From: Eledone cirrhosa
Taxonomy: Eukaryota
Assembly: GCA_964016885.1 (NCBI GenBank)
Contig: OZ024744.1
Location: forward strand, 48,112,001 to 48,176,000
Length of the DNA stretch: 64,000 bases
Direction of reading: 5' to 3'
The notes under the pieces are model-generated. The model was not told the origin of the DNA. It saw nothing but the letters and a program-made list of their open reading frames with translations, and ran no database searches. Positions within the stretch are counted from its first letter, which is position 1. Each line of letters begins with the position of its first letter. The position numbers and the translations under genes were made by a program. Shown here piece after piece: positions 1 through 14,200 of the stretch.

Positions 1-3000
1 CAAGACCAGAACTCCAACCACATTAGACTATCAAGAGAAGAACACCAACCACATCACATTAGACTATCAAGACCAGAACACCAACCACATTAGACTATCA
101 AGACCAGAACTCCAACCACATTAGACTATCAAGACCAGAACACCAACAACATTAGACTATCAACACCAGAACACCAACCACATTAGACTATCAAGACCAG
201 AACTCCAACCACATTAGACTATCAAGACCAGAACACCAACCACATTAGACTATCAAGACCAGAACACCAACCACATCACATTTGACTATCAAGACCAGAA
301 CACCAACCACATCACATTAGACTATCAAGACCATAACACCAACCACATTAGACTATCAAGACCATAACACCAACCACATTAGACTATCAAGACCAGAACA
401 ACAACTAGATCACATTAGACTATCAAGACCAGAACATCAACAATATCATTTTAGACTATCAAGACCAGAACACCAACAAAATCACATTAGACTATCAAGA
501 CCAGAACACCAACCACATCACATTAGACTATCAAGACCAGAACACCAACCACATCACATTAGACTATCAAGACCAGAACACCAACCACATCACATTAGAC
601 TATCAAGACGTGAACACCAACCACATTAGACTATCAAGACCAGAACACCAACCACATTAGACTATCAAGACCAGAACACCAACCACATTAGACTATCAAG
701 ACCAAAACACCAACCACATCACATTAGACTATCAAGACCAGAACACCAACCACATTAGATTTCAAGACCAGAACACCAACCACATTATACTATCAAGACC
801 AGAACACCAACCACATCACATTAGACTATCAAGAACAGAACACCAACCACATCAGATTAGACTATCAAGACCAGAACACCAACCACATCACATTAGACTA
901 TCAAGACCAGAACACCAACCACATCACATTAGACTATCAAGACGTGAACACCAACCACATTAGACTATCAAGACCAGAACACCAACCACATTAGACTATC
1001 AAGACCAGAACACCAACCAGATTAGACTATCAAGACCAGAACACCAACCACATCACATTAGACTATCAAGACCAGAACACCAACAACATCACATTAGACT
1101 ATCAAGACCATAACAGCAACCATATTAGACTATCAAGACCAGAACACCAACCACATCACGTTAGACTATCAAGACCAGAACACCAACCACATTAGACTAT
1201 CAAGACCAGAAAACCAACCACATTAGACTATCAAGACCAGAACACCAACCACATCACATTAGAATATCAAGACCAGAACACCAACCACATTAGACTATCA
1301 AGACCAGAACACCAACCACATCACATTAGACTATCAAAACCAGAACACCAACCACATTAGACTATCAAGAACAGAACACCAACCACATTAGACTATCAAG
1401 AACAGAACACCAACCTCATTAGACTATCAAGACCAGAACACCAACCACATCACATTAGACTATCAAGACCAGAACACTAACAACATCACATAGTCTATCA
1501 AGACCAGAACACCAACAACATCACATTAGACTATAAAGACCAGAACACCAACAACATCACATTAGACTATCAAGACCAGAACACCACCCACATCACATTA
1601 GACTATCAAAACCAGAACACCAAACACATCACATAAGACTATCAAGACCAGAACACCAACCACATTAGACTACCATGACCAGAACAACAACCACATCACA
1701 TTAGACTATTAAGACCAGAACACCAACCACATCACATTAGACTATCAAGACCAGAACACCAACCACATTAGACTATCAAGACCAGAACTCCAACCACATC
1801 ACATTAGACTATCAAGACCAGAACACCAACCACATTAGACTATCAAGACCAGAACACCAACCACATCACATTAGACTATCAAGACCAGAACACCAACCAC
1901 ATCACATTAGAATATCAAGACCAGAACACCAACCACATCACATTAGACTATCAAGACCATAACACCAACCACATTAGACTATCAAGACCATAACACCAAC
2001 CACATTAGACTATCAAGACCAGAACACCAACCACATTAGACTATCAAGACCAGAACACCAACCACATTAGACTATCAAGACCAGAACACCAACCACATCA
2101 CATAAGACTATCAAGACCAGAACATAAACCACATCACATTAGACTATCAAGACCAGAACACCAACCACATCACATTAGACTATCAAGACCAGAACACCAA
2201 CCACATCACATTAGACTATCAAGAGCAGAACACCAACCACATCACATTAGACTATCAAGACCAGAACACCAACCACATCACATTAGACTATCAAGACCAG
2301 AACACCAGCCACATTAGACTATCAAGACCAGAACACCAACTACATTAGACTATCAAGACCAGAACACCAACCACATTAGACTATCAAGACCAGAACACCA
2401 ACCACATCACATAAGACTATCAAGACCAGAACATAAACCACATCACATTAGACTATCAAGACCAGAACACCAACCACATCACATTAGACTATCAAGACCA
2501 GAACACCAACCACATCACATTAGACTATCAAGACCAGAACACTAACCACATTAGACTATCAAGACCAGAACACCAACCACATTAGACTATCAAGACCAGA
2601 ACACCAACCACATCACATTAGACTATCAAGACCAGAACACCAACCACATTAGACTATCAAGACCAGAACACCAACAATATCATTTTAGACTATCAAGACC
2701 AGAACACCAACCACATTAGACTATCAAGACCAGAACACCAACAACATTAGACTATCAAGACCAGAACACCAACCACATCACATTAGACTATCAAGGCAAG
2801 AACACCAACCACATTAGACTATCAAGACCAGAACACCAACCACATCACATTTGACTATCAAGACCAGAACACCAACCACATCACATTAGACTATCAAGAC
2901 CAGAACACAAACCACATCACATTAGACTATCAAGACCAGAACACCAACCACATCACATTAGACTATCAAGACCAGAACACCAACCACATTAGACTATCAA

Positions 3001-6000
3001 GACCAGAACTCCAACCACATTAGACTATCAAGAGAAGAACACCAACCACATCACATTAGACTATCAAGACCAGAACACCAACCACATTAGACTATCAAGA
3101 CCAGAACTCCAACCACATTAGACTATCAAGACCAGAACACCAACAACATTAGACTATCAACACCAGAACACCAACCACATTAGACTATCAAGACCAGAAC
3201 TCCAACCACATTACACTATCAAGACCAGAACACCAACCACATCACATTAGACTATCAAGACCAGAACACCAACCACATTAGACTATCAAGACCAGAACAC
3301 CAACCACATTAGACTATCAAGACCAGAACACCGACCACATCACATTAGACTATCAAGACCAGAACACCAACCACATTAGACTATCAAGACCAGAACACCA
3401 ACCACATCAGATTAGACTATCCTGACCAGAACACCAACCACATTAGACTATCAAGAACAGAACTCCAACCACATTACACTATCAAGACCAGAACACCAAC
3501 CACATCACATTAGACTATCAAGACCAGAACACCAACCACATCACATTAGACTATCAAGACCAGAACACCAACCACATTAGACTATCAAGACCAGAACACC
3601 AACAACATCACATTAGACTATCAAGACCAGAACACCAACCACATCACATTAGACTATCAAGACCAGAACACCAACCACATTAGACTATCAAGACCAGAAC
3701 ACCAACACATCACATTAGACTATCAAGACCAGAACACCAACCACATCACAGTAGACTATCCTGACCAGAACACCAACCACATTAGACTATCAAGACCAGA
3801 ACTCCAACCACATTAGACTGTCAAGACCAGAACACCAACCACATCACATTAGACTATCAAGACCAGAACACCAACCACATTAGACTATCAAGACCAGAAC
3901 ACCAACCACATCACATTAGACTATCAAGACCAGAACACCAACCACATCACATTAGACTATCAAGACCAGAACACCAACCACATCACATTAGACTATCAAG
4001 ACCATAACACAAACCACATTAGACTATCAAGACCATAACACCAACCACATTAGACTATCAAGACCAGAACACCAACCACATTAGACTATCAAGACCAGAA
4101 CACCAACCACATTAGACTATCAAGACCAGAACACCAACCACATCACATAAGACTATCAAGACCAGAACATAAACCACATCACATTAGACTATCAAGACCA
4201 GAACACCAACCACATCACATTAGACTATCAAGACCAGAACACCAACCACATTAGACTATCAAGGACAGAACACCAACCATATTAGACTATCAAGACCAGA
4301 ACACCAACCACATTAGACTATCAACAACAGAACACCAACCACATTAGACTATCAAGAACAGAACACCAACCACATTAGACTATCAAGACCAGAACACCAA
4401 CCACATCACATTAGCCTATCAAGAACAGAACACCAACCACATCACATTAGACTATCAAGACCAGAACACCAACCACATTAGACTATCAAGACCAGAACTC
4501 CAACCACATCACATTAGACTATCAAGACCAGAACACCAACCACATTAGACTATCAAGACCAGAACACCAACCACATCACATTAGACTATCAAGACCAGAA
4601 CACCAACCACATCACATTAGACTATCAAGACCAGAACACCAACCACATCACATTAGACTATCAAGACCATAACACCAACCACATTAGACTATCAAGACCA
4701 TAACACCAACCACATTAGACTATCAAGACCAGAACACCAACCACATTAGACTATCAAGACCAGAACACCAACCACATTAGACTATCAAGACCAGAACACC
4801 AACCACATCACATAAGACTATCAAGACCAGAACATAAACCACATCACATTAGACTATCAAGACCAGAACACCAACCACATCACATTAGACTATCAAGACC
4901 AGAACACCAACCACATCACATTAGACCATCAAGACCAGAACACCAACCACATCACATTAGACTATCAAGACCAGAACACCAACCACATCACATTAGACTA
5001 TCAAGACCAGAACACCAACCACATTAGACTATCAAGACCAGAACACCAACCACATTAGACTATCAAGACCAGAACACCAACCACATTAGACTATCAAGAC
5101 CAGAACACCAACCACATCACATAAGACTATCAAGACCAGAACATAAACCACATCACATTAGACTATCAAGACCAGAACACCAACCACATCACATTAGACG
5201 ATCAAGACCAGAACACCAACCACATCACATTAGACTATCAAGACCAGAACACTAACCACATTAGACTATCAAGACCAGAACACCAACCACATTAGACTAG
5301 CAAGACCAGAACACCAACCACATTAGACTATCAAGACCAGAACACCAACCACATTAGACTATCAAGACCAGAACTCCAACCACATTAGACTATCAAGACC
5401 AGAACACCAACCACATCACATTAGACTATCAAGACCAGAACACCAACCACATTAGACTATCAAGACCAGAACACCAACAATATCATTTTAGACTATCAAG
5501 ACCAGAACACCAACCACATTAGACTATCAAGACCAGAACACCAACAACATTAGACTATCAAGACCAGAACACCAACCACATCACATTAGACTATCAAGAC
5601 CAGAACACCAACCACGTTAGACTATCAAGACCAGAACACCAACCACATCACATTTGACTATCAAGACCAGAACACCAACCACATCACATTAGACTATCAA
5701 GACCAGAACACAAACCACATCACATTAGACTATCAAGACCAGAACACCAACCACATCACATTAGACTATCAAGACCAGAACACCAACCACATTAGACTAT
5801 CAAGACCAGAACTCCAACCACATTAGACTATCAAGAGAAGAACACCAACCACATCACTTTAGACTATCAAGACCAGAACACCAACCACATTAGACTATCA
5901 AGACCAGAACTCCAACCACATTAGACTATCAAGACCAGAACACCAACAACATTAGACTATCAACACCAGAACAGCAACCACATTAGTCTATCAAGACCAG

Positions 6001-9000
6001 AACTCCAACCACATTAGACTATCAAGACCAGAACACCAACCACATTAGACTATCAAGACCAGAACACCAACCACATCACATTTGACTATCAAGAACAGAA
6101 CACCAACCACATCACATTAGACTATCAAGACCAGAAAACCAACCACATCACATTAGACTATCAAGACCAGAACACCAACCACATCACATTAGACTATCAA
6201 GACCAGAACACCAACCACATTAGACTATCAAGACCAGAACACCAACCACATCACATTAGACTATCAAGACCAGAACACCAACCACATTATACTATCAAGA
6301 CCAGAACACCAACCACATTAGACTATCAAGACCAGAACACCAACCACATTAGACTATCAAGACCAGAACACCAACCACATTAGACTATCAAGACCAGAAC
6401 ACCAACCACATCACATTAGACTATCAAGACCAGAACACCAACCACATTAGACTATCAAGACCAGAACACCAACCACATTAGACTATCAAGACCAGAACAC
6501 CAACCACATTAGACTATCAAGACCAGAACACCAACCACATCACATTAGACTATCAAGACCAGAACACCAACCACATTAGACTATCAAGACCAGAACACCA
6601 ACCGCATTAGACTATCAAGACCAGAACACCAACCACATCACATTAGACTATCAAGACCAGAACACCAACCACATTAGACTATCAAGACCAGAACACCAAC
6701 CACATCAGATTAGACTATCCTGACCAGAACACCAACCACATTAGACAATCAAGAACAGAACTCCAACCACATTACAATATCAAGACCAGAACACCAACCA
6801 CATCACATTAGACTATCAAGACCAGAACACCAACCACATCACATTAGACTATCAAGACCAGAACACCAAACACATTAGACTATCATGACCAGAACACCAA
6901 CCACATTAGACTATCAAGACCATAACACCAACCACATCACATCAGACTATCAAGAGCAGAACACCAACCACATTAGACTATCAAGACCAGAACACCAACC
7001 ACATTAGACTATCAAGACCAGAACACCAACCACATTAGACTATCAAGACCAGAACACCAACCACATTAGACTATCAAGACCAGAACACCAACCACATTAG
7101 ACTATCAAGACCAGAACACCAACCACATTAGACTATCAAGACCAGAACACCAACCACATTAGACTATCAAGACCAGAACACCAACCACATCACATAAGAC
7201 TATCAAGACCAGAACATAAACCACATCACATTAGACTATCAAGACCAGAACACCAACCACATCACATTAGACTATCAAGACCAGAACACCAACCACATCA
7301 CATTAGACTATCAAGACCTGAACACCAACCACATCACATTAGACTATCAAGACCAGAACACCAACCACATTAGACTATCAAGACCAGAACACCAACCACA
7401 TTAGACTATCAAGACCAGAACACCAACCACATTAGACTATCAAGACCAGAACACCAACCACATTAGACTATCAAGACCAGAACGCCAACCACATTAGACT
7501 ATCAAGTCCAGAACACCAACCACATTAGACTATCAACACCAGAACACCAACCACATTAGACTATCAAGACCAGAACACCAACAACATCACATTAGACTAT
7601 CAAGACCAGAACACCAACCACATCACATTAGACTATCAAGACCAGAACACCAACCACATTAGACTATCAAGACCAGAACACCAACACATCACATTAGACT
7701 ATCAAGACCAGAACACCAACCACATCACAGTAGACTATCCTGACCAGAACACCAACCACATTAGACTATCAAGACCAGAACTCCAACCACATTAGACTAT
7801 CAAGACCAGAACACCAACCACATCACATTAGACTATCAAGACCAGAACACCAACCACATTAGACTATCAAGACCAGAACACCAACCACATCACATTAGAC
7901 TATCAAGACCAGAACACCAACCACATCACATTAGACTATCAAGACCAGAACACCAACCACATCACATTAGACTATCAAGACCATAACACAAACCACATTA
8001 GACTATCAAGACCATAACACCAACCACATTAGACTATCAAGACCAGAACACCAACCACATTAGACTATCAAGACCAGAACACCAACCACATCACATAAGA
8101 CTATCAAGACCAGAACATAAACCACATCACATTAGACTATCAAGACCAGAACACCAACCACATCACATTAGACTATCAAGACCAGAACACCAACCACATT
8201 AGACTATCAAGGACAGAACACCAACCATATTAGACTATCAAGACCAGAACACCAACCACATTAGACTATCAACAACAGAACACCAACCACATTAGACTAT
8301 CAAGAACAGAACACCAACCACATTAGACTATCAAGACCAGAACACCAACCACATCACATTAGCCTATCAAGAACAGAACACCAACCACATCACATTAGAC
8401 TATCAAGACCAGAACACCAACCACATTAGACTATCAAGACCAGAACTCCAACCACATCACATTAGACTATCAAGACCAGAACACCAACCACATTAGACTA
8501 TCAAGACCAGAACACCAACCACATCACATTAGACTATCAAGACCAGAACACCAACCACATCACATTAGACTATCAAGACCAGAACACCAACCACATCACA
8601 TTAGACTATCAAGACCATAACACCAACCACATTAGACTATCAAGACCATAACACCAACCACATTAGACTATCAAGACCAGAACACCAACCACATTAGACT
8701 ATCAAGACCAGAACACCAACCACATTAGACTATCAAGACCAGAACACCAACCACATCACATAAGACTATCAAGACCAGAACATAAACCACATCACATTAG
8801 ACTATCAAGACCAGAACACCAACCACATCACATTAGACTATCAAGACCAGAACACCAACCACATCACATTAGACCATCAAGACCAGAACACCAACCACAT
8901 CACATTAGACTATCAAGACCAGAACACCAACCACATCACATTAGACTATCAAGACCAGAACACCAACCACATTAGACTATCAAGACCAGAACACCAACCA

Positions 9001-11215
9001 CATTAGACTATCAAGACCAGAACACCAACCACATTAGACTATCAAGACCAGAACACCAACCACATCACATAAGACTATCAAGACCAGAACATAAACCACA
9101 TCACATTAGACTATCAAGACCAGAACACCAACCACATCACATTAGACTATCAAGACCAGAACACCAACCACATCACATTAGACTATCAAGACCAGAACAC
9201 TAACCACATTAGACTATCAAGACCAGAACACCAACCACATTAGACTAGCAAGACCAGAACACCAACCACATTAGACTATCAAGACCAGAACACCAACCAC
9301 ATTAGACTATCAAGACCAGAACTCCAACCACATTAGACTATCAAGACCAGAACACCAACCACATCACATTAGACTATCAAGACCAGAACACCAACCACAT
9401 TAGACTATCAAGACCAGAACACCAACAATATCATTTTAGACTACCAAGACCAGAACACCAACCACATTAGACTATCAAGACCAGAACACCAACAACATTA
9501 GACTATCAAGACCAGAACACCAACCACATCACATTAGACTATCAAGACCAGAACACCAACCACGTTAGACTATCAAGACCAGAACACCAACCACATCACA
9601 TTTGACTATCAAGACCAGAACACCAACCACATCACATTAGACTATCAAGACCAGAACACAAACCACATCACATTAGACTATCAAGACCAGAACACCAACC
9701 ACATCACATTAGACTATCAAGACCAGAACACCAACCACATTAGACTATCAAGACCAGAACTCCAACCACATTAGACTATCAAGAGAAGAACACCAACCAC
9801 ATCACTTTAGACTATCAAGACCAGAACACCAACCACATTAGACTATCAAGACCAGAACTCCAACCACATTAGACTATCAAGACCAGAACACCAACAACAT
9901 TAGACTATCAACACCAGAACAGCAACCACATTAGTCTATCAAGACCAGAACTCCAACCACATTAGACTATCAAGACCAGAACACCAACCACATTAGACTA
10001 TCAAGACCAGAACACCAACCACATCACATTTGACTATCAAGAACAGAACACCAACCACATCACATTAGACTATCAAGACCAGAAAACCAACCACATCACA
10101 TTAGACTATCAAGACCAGAACACCAACCACATCACATTAGACTATCAAGACCAGAACACCAACCACATTAGACTATCAAGACCAGAACACCAACCACATC
10201 ACATTAGACTATCAAGACCAGAACACCAACCACATTATACTATCAAGACCAGAACACCAACCACATTAGACTATCAAGACCAGAACACCAACCACATTAG
10301 ACTATCAAGACCAGAACACCAACCACATTAGACTATCAAGACCAGAACACCAACCACATTAGACTATCAAGACCAGAACACCAACCACATCACATTAGAC
10401 TATCAAGACCAGAACACCAACCACATTAGACTATCAAGACCAGAACACCAACCACATTAGACTATCAAGACCAGAACACCAACCACATCACATTAGACTA
10501 TCAAGACCAGAACACCAACCACATTAGACTATCAAGACCAGAACACCAACCACATCAGATTAGACTATCCTGACCAGAACACCAACCACATTAGACAATC
10601 AAGAACAGAACTCCAACCACATTACAATATCAAGACCAGAACACCAACCACATCACATTAGACTATCAAGACCAGAACACCAACCACATCACATTAGACT
10701 ATCAAGACCAGAACACCAAACACATTAGACTATCATGACCATAACACCAACCACATTAGACTATCAAGACCATAACACCAACCACATCACATCAGACTAT
10801 CAAGAGCAGAACACCAACCACATTAGACTATCAAGACCAGAACACCAACCACATTAGACTATCAAGACCAGAACAACAACCACATTAGACTATCAAGACC
10901 AGAACACCAACCACATTAGACTATCAAGACCAGAACACCAACCACATTAGACTATCAAGACCAGAACACCAACCACATTAGACTATCAAGACCAGAACAC
11001 CAACCACATTAGACTATCAAGACCAGAACACCAACCACATCACATAAGACTATCAAGACCAGAACATAAACCACATCACATTAGACTATCAAGACCAGAA
11101 CACCAACCACATCACATTAGACTATCAAGACCAGAACACCAACCACATCACATTAGACTATCAAGACCTGAACACCAACCACATCACATTAGACTATCAA
11201 GACCAGAACACCAAC
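1..11215 (+). repeat. Sub-domain A of the array (GACCAG-dominated; markers ACATAAG/ACATAAACC, ACTCC, GAGAAG, TTTGAC, AATATCATTTT)
   Basis: GAACAG units are scarce and AACAACAATAG units are absent. The listed variants recur throughout. Boundary is approximate. Confidence 0.75.
3570..11215 (+). repeat. Near-tandem duplication of a ~3.7-3.8 kb block (copy 1 ~3570-7365; copy 2 ~7550-11215)
   Basis: Shared rare markers: 35-bp unit ACCAACACAT (3701/7680), CAGTAGACTATCCTG (3751/7730), AAGGACAG (4261/8209), ACAGCAACC..TAGTCTA (5971/9919). The offset steps 3979, then 3948, then 3850. Confidence 0.9.
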
Positions 11216-14200
11216 AACATCACATTAGACTATCAAGACCAGAACACCAACCACATTAGACTATCAAGAACAGAACACCAACAACATTAGACTATCAAGA
11301 CCATAACACCAACCACATTAGACTATCAAGAACAGAACACCAACCACATTAGACTATCAAGACCAGAACACCAACAACAATAGACTATCAAGACCAGAAC
11401 ACCAACCACATTAGACTATCAAGAACAGAACACCAACCACATTAGACTATCAAGACAAGAACACCAACCACATTAGACTATCAAGAACAGAACACCAACC
11501 ACATTAGACTATCAAGAACAGAACACCAACCACATTAGACTATCAAGAACAGAACACCAACCACATCACATTAGCCTATCAAGAACAGAACACCAACCAC
11601 ATTAGACTATCAAGACCAGAACACCAACCACATTAGACTATCAAAACCAGAACACCAACCACATCACATTAGACTATCAAGACCAGAACACCAACCACAT
11701 TAGACTATCAAGACCAGAACACCAACCACATCACATTAGAATATCCAGACCAGAACACCAACCATATCACATTAGACTATCAAGACCTGAACACCAACAA
11801 CATCACATTAGACTATCAAGACCAGAACACCAACAACATCACATTAGACTATCAAGACCAGAACACCAACCACATTAGACTATCAAGAACATAACACCAA
11901 CAACATTAGACTATCAAGAACATAACACCAACCACATTAGACTATCAAGAACAGAACACCAACCACATTAGACTATCAAGAACAGAACACCAACCACATT
12001 AGACTATCAAGACCAGAACACCAACCACATCACATTAGACTATCAAGACGTGAACACCAACCACATTAGACTATCAAGACCAGAACACCAACAACATTAG
12101 ACTATCAAGACCAGAACACCAACCACATTAGACTATCAAGACCAGAACACCAACCACATCACATTAGACTATCAAGACCAGAACACCAACAACATTAGAC
12201 TATCAAGAACAGAACACCAACCACATTAGACTATCAATACCAGAACACCAACCACATTAGACTATCAAGAACAGAACACAAACCACATTAGACCATCAAG
12301 ACCAGAACACCAACCACATTAGACTATCAAGACCAGAACACCAAACACATTACACTATCAAGAACAGAACACCAACCACATTAGACTATCAAGAACAGAA
12401 CACCAACCACATTAGACTATCAAGAACAGAACACCAACCACATTAGACTATCAAGAACAGAACACCAACCACATTAGACTATCAAGAACAGAACACCAAC
12501 CACATTAGACTATCAAGAACAGAACACAAACCACATTAGACTATCAAGACCAGAACATTAACAACATCACATAGTCTATCAAGACCAGAACACCAACAAC
12601 ATCACATTAGACTATCAAGACCAGAACACCACCCACATCACATTAGACTATCAAGACCAGAACACCAAACACATCACATTAGACTATCAAGACCAGAACA
12701 CCAACCACATTAGACTACCAAGACCAGAACACCAACCACATCACATTGGACTATTAAGACCAGAACACCAACCACATTAGACTATCAAGACCAGAACTCC
12801 AACCACATTAGACTATCAAGACCAGAACACTAACCACATCACATTAGACTATCAAAACCATAACACCAACCACATTAGACTATCAAGACCATAACACCAA
12901 CCACATTAGACTATCAAGACCAGAACAACAACTAGATCACATTAGACTATCAAGACCAGAACATCAACAATATCATTTTAGACTATCAAGACCAGAACAC
13001 CAACAACATACCATTAGACTATCAAGACCAGAACACCAACCACATCACATTAGACTATCAAGACCAGAACACCAACCACATCACATTAGACTATCAAGAC
13101 CAGAACACCAACCACATCACATTAGACTATCAAGACGTGAACACCAACCACATTAGACTATCAAGACCAGAACACCAACCACATTAGACTATCAAGACCA
13201 GAACACCAACCACATTAGACTATCAAGACCAGAACACCAACCACATCACATTAGACTATCAAGACCAGAACACCAACCACATTAGATTTCAAGACCAGAA
13301 CACCAACCACATTATACTATCAAGACCAGAACACCAACCACATCACATTAGAATATCAAGACCAGAACACCAACCACATTAGACTATCAAGACCAGAACA
13401 CCAACCACATCACATTAGACTATCAAGAACAGAACACCAACCACATCACATTAGACTATCAAGACCAGTACACCAACCACATCACATTAGACTATCAAGA
13501 CCAGAACACCAACCACATCACATTAGACTATCAAGACGTGAACACCAACCACATTAGACTATCAAGACCAGAACACCAACAACATTAGACTATCAAGACC
13601 AGAACACCAACCACATTAGACTATCAAGACCAGAACACCAACCACATCACATTAGACTATCAAGACCAGAACACCAACAACATCACATTAGACTACCAAG
13701 ACCATAACACCAACCATATTAGACTATCAAGACCAGAACACCAACCACATCACATTAGACTATCAAGACCAGAACACCAACCACATTAGACTATCAAGAC
13801 CAGAACACCAATCACATTAGACTATCAAGACCAGAACACCAACCACATCACATTAGACTATCAAGACCAGAACACCAACAACATCACATTAGACTACCAA
13901 GACCATAACACCAACCATATTAGACTATCAAGACCAGAACACCAACCACATCACATTAGACTATCAAGACCAGAACACCAACCACATTAGACTATCAAGA
14001 CCAGAACACCAACCACATTAGACTATCAAGACCAGAACACCAACCACATTAGACTATCAAGACCAGAACACCAACCACATTAGACTATCAAGACCAGAAC
14101 ACCAACCACATTAGACTATCAAGACCAGAACACCAACCACATCACATAAGACTATCAAGACCAGAACATAAACCACATCACATTAGACTATCAAGACCAG

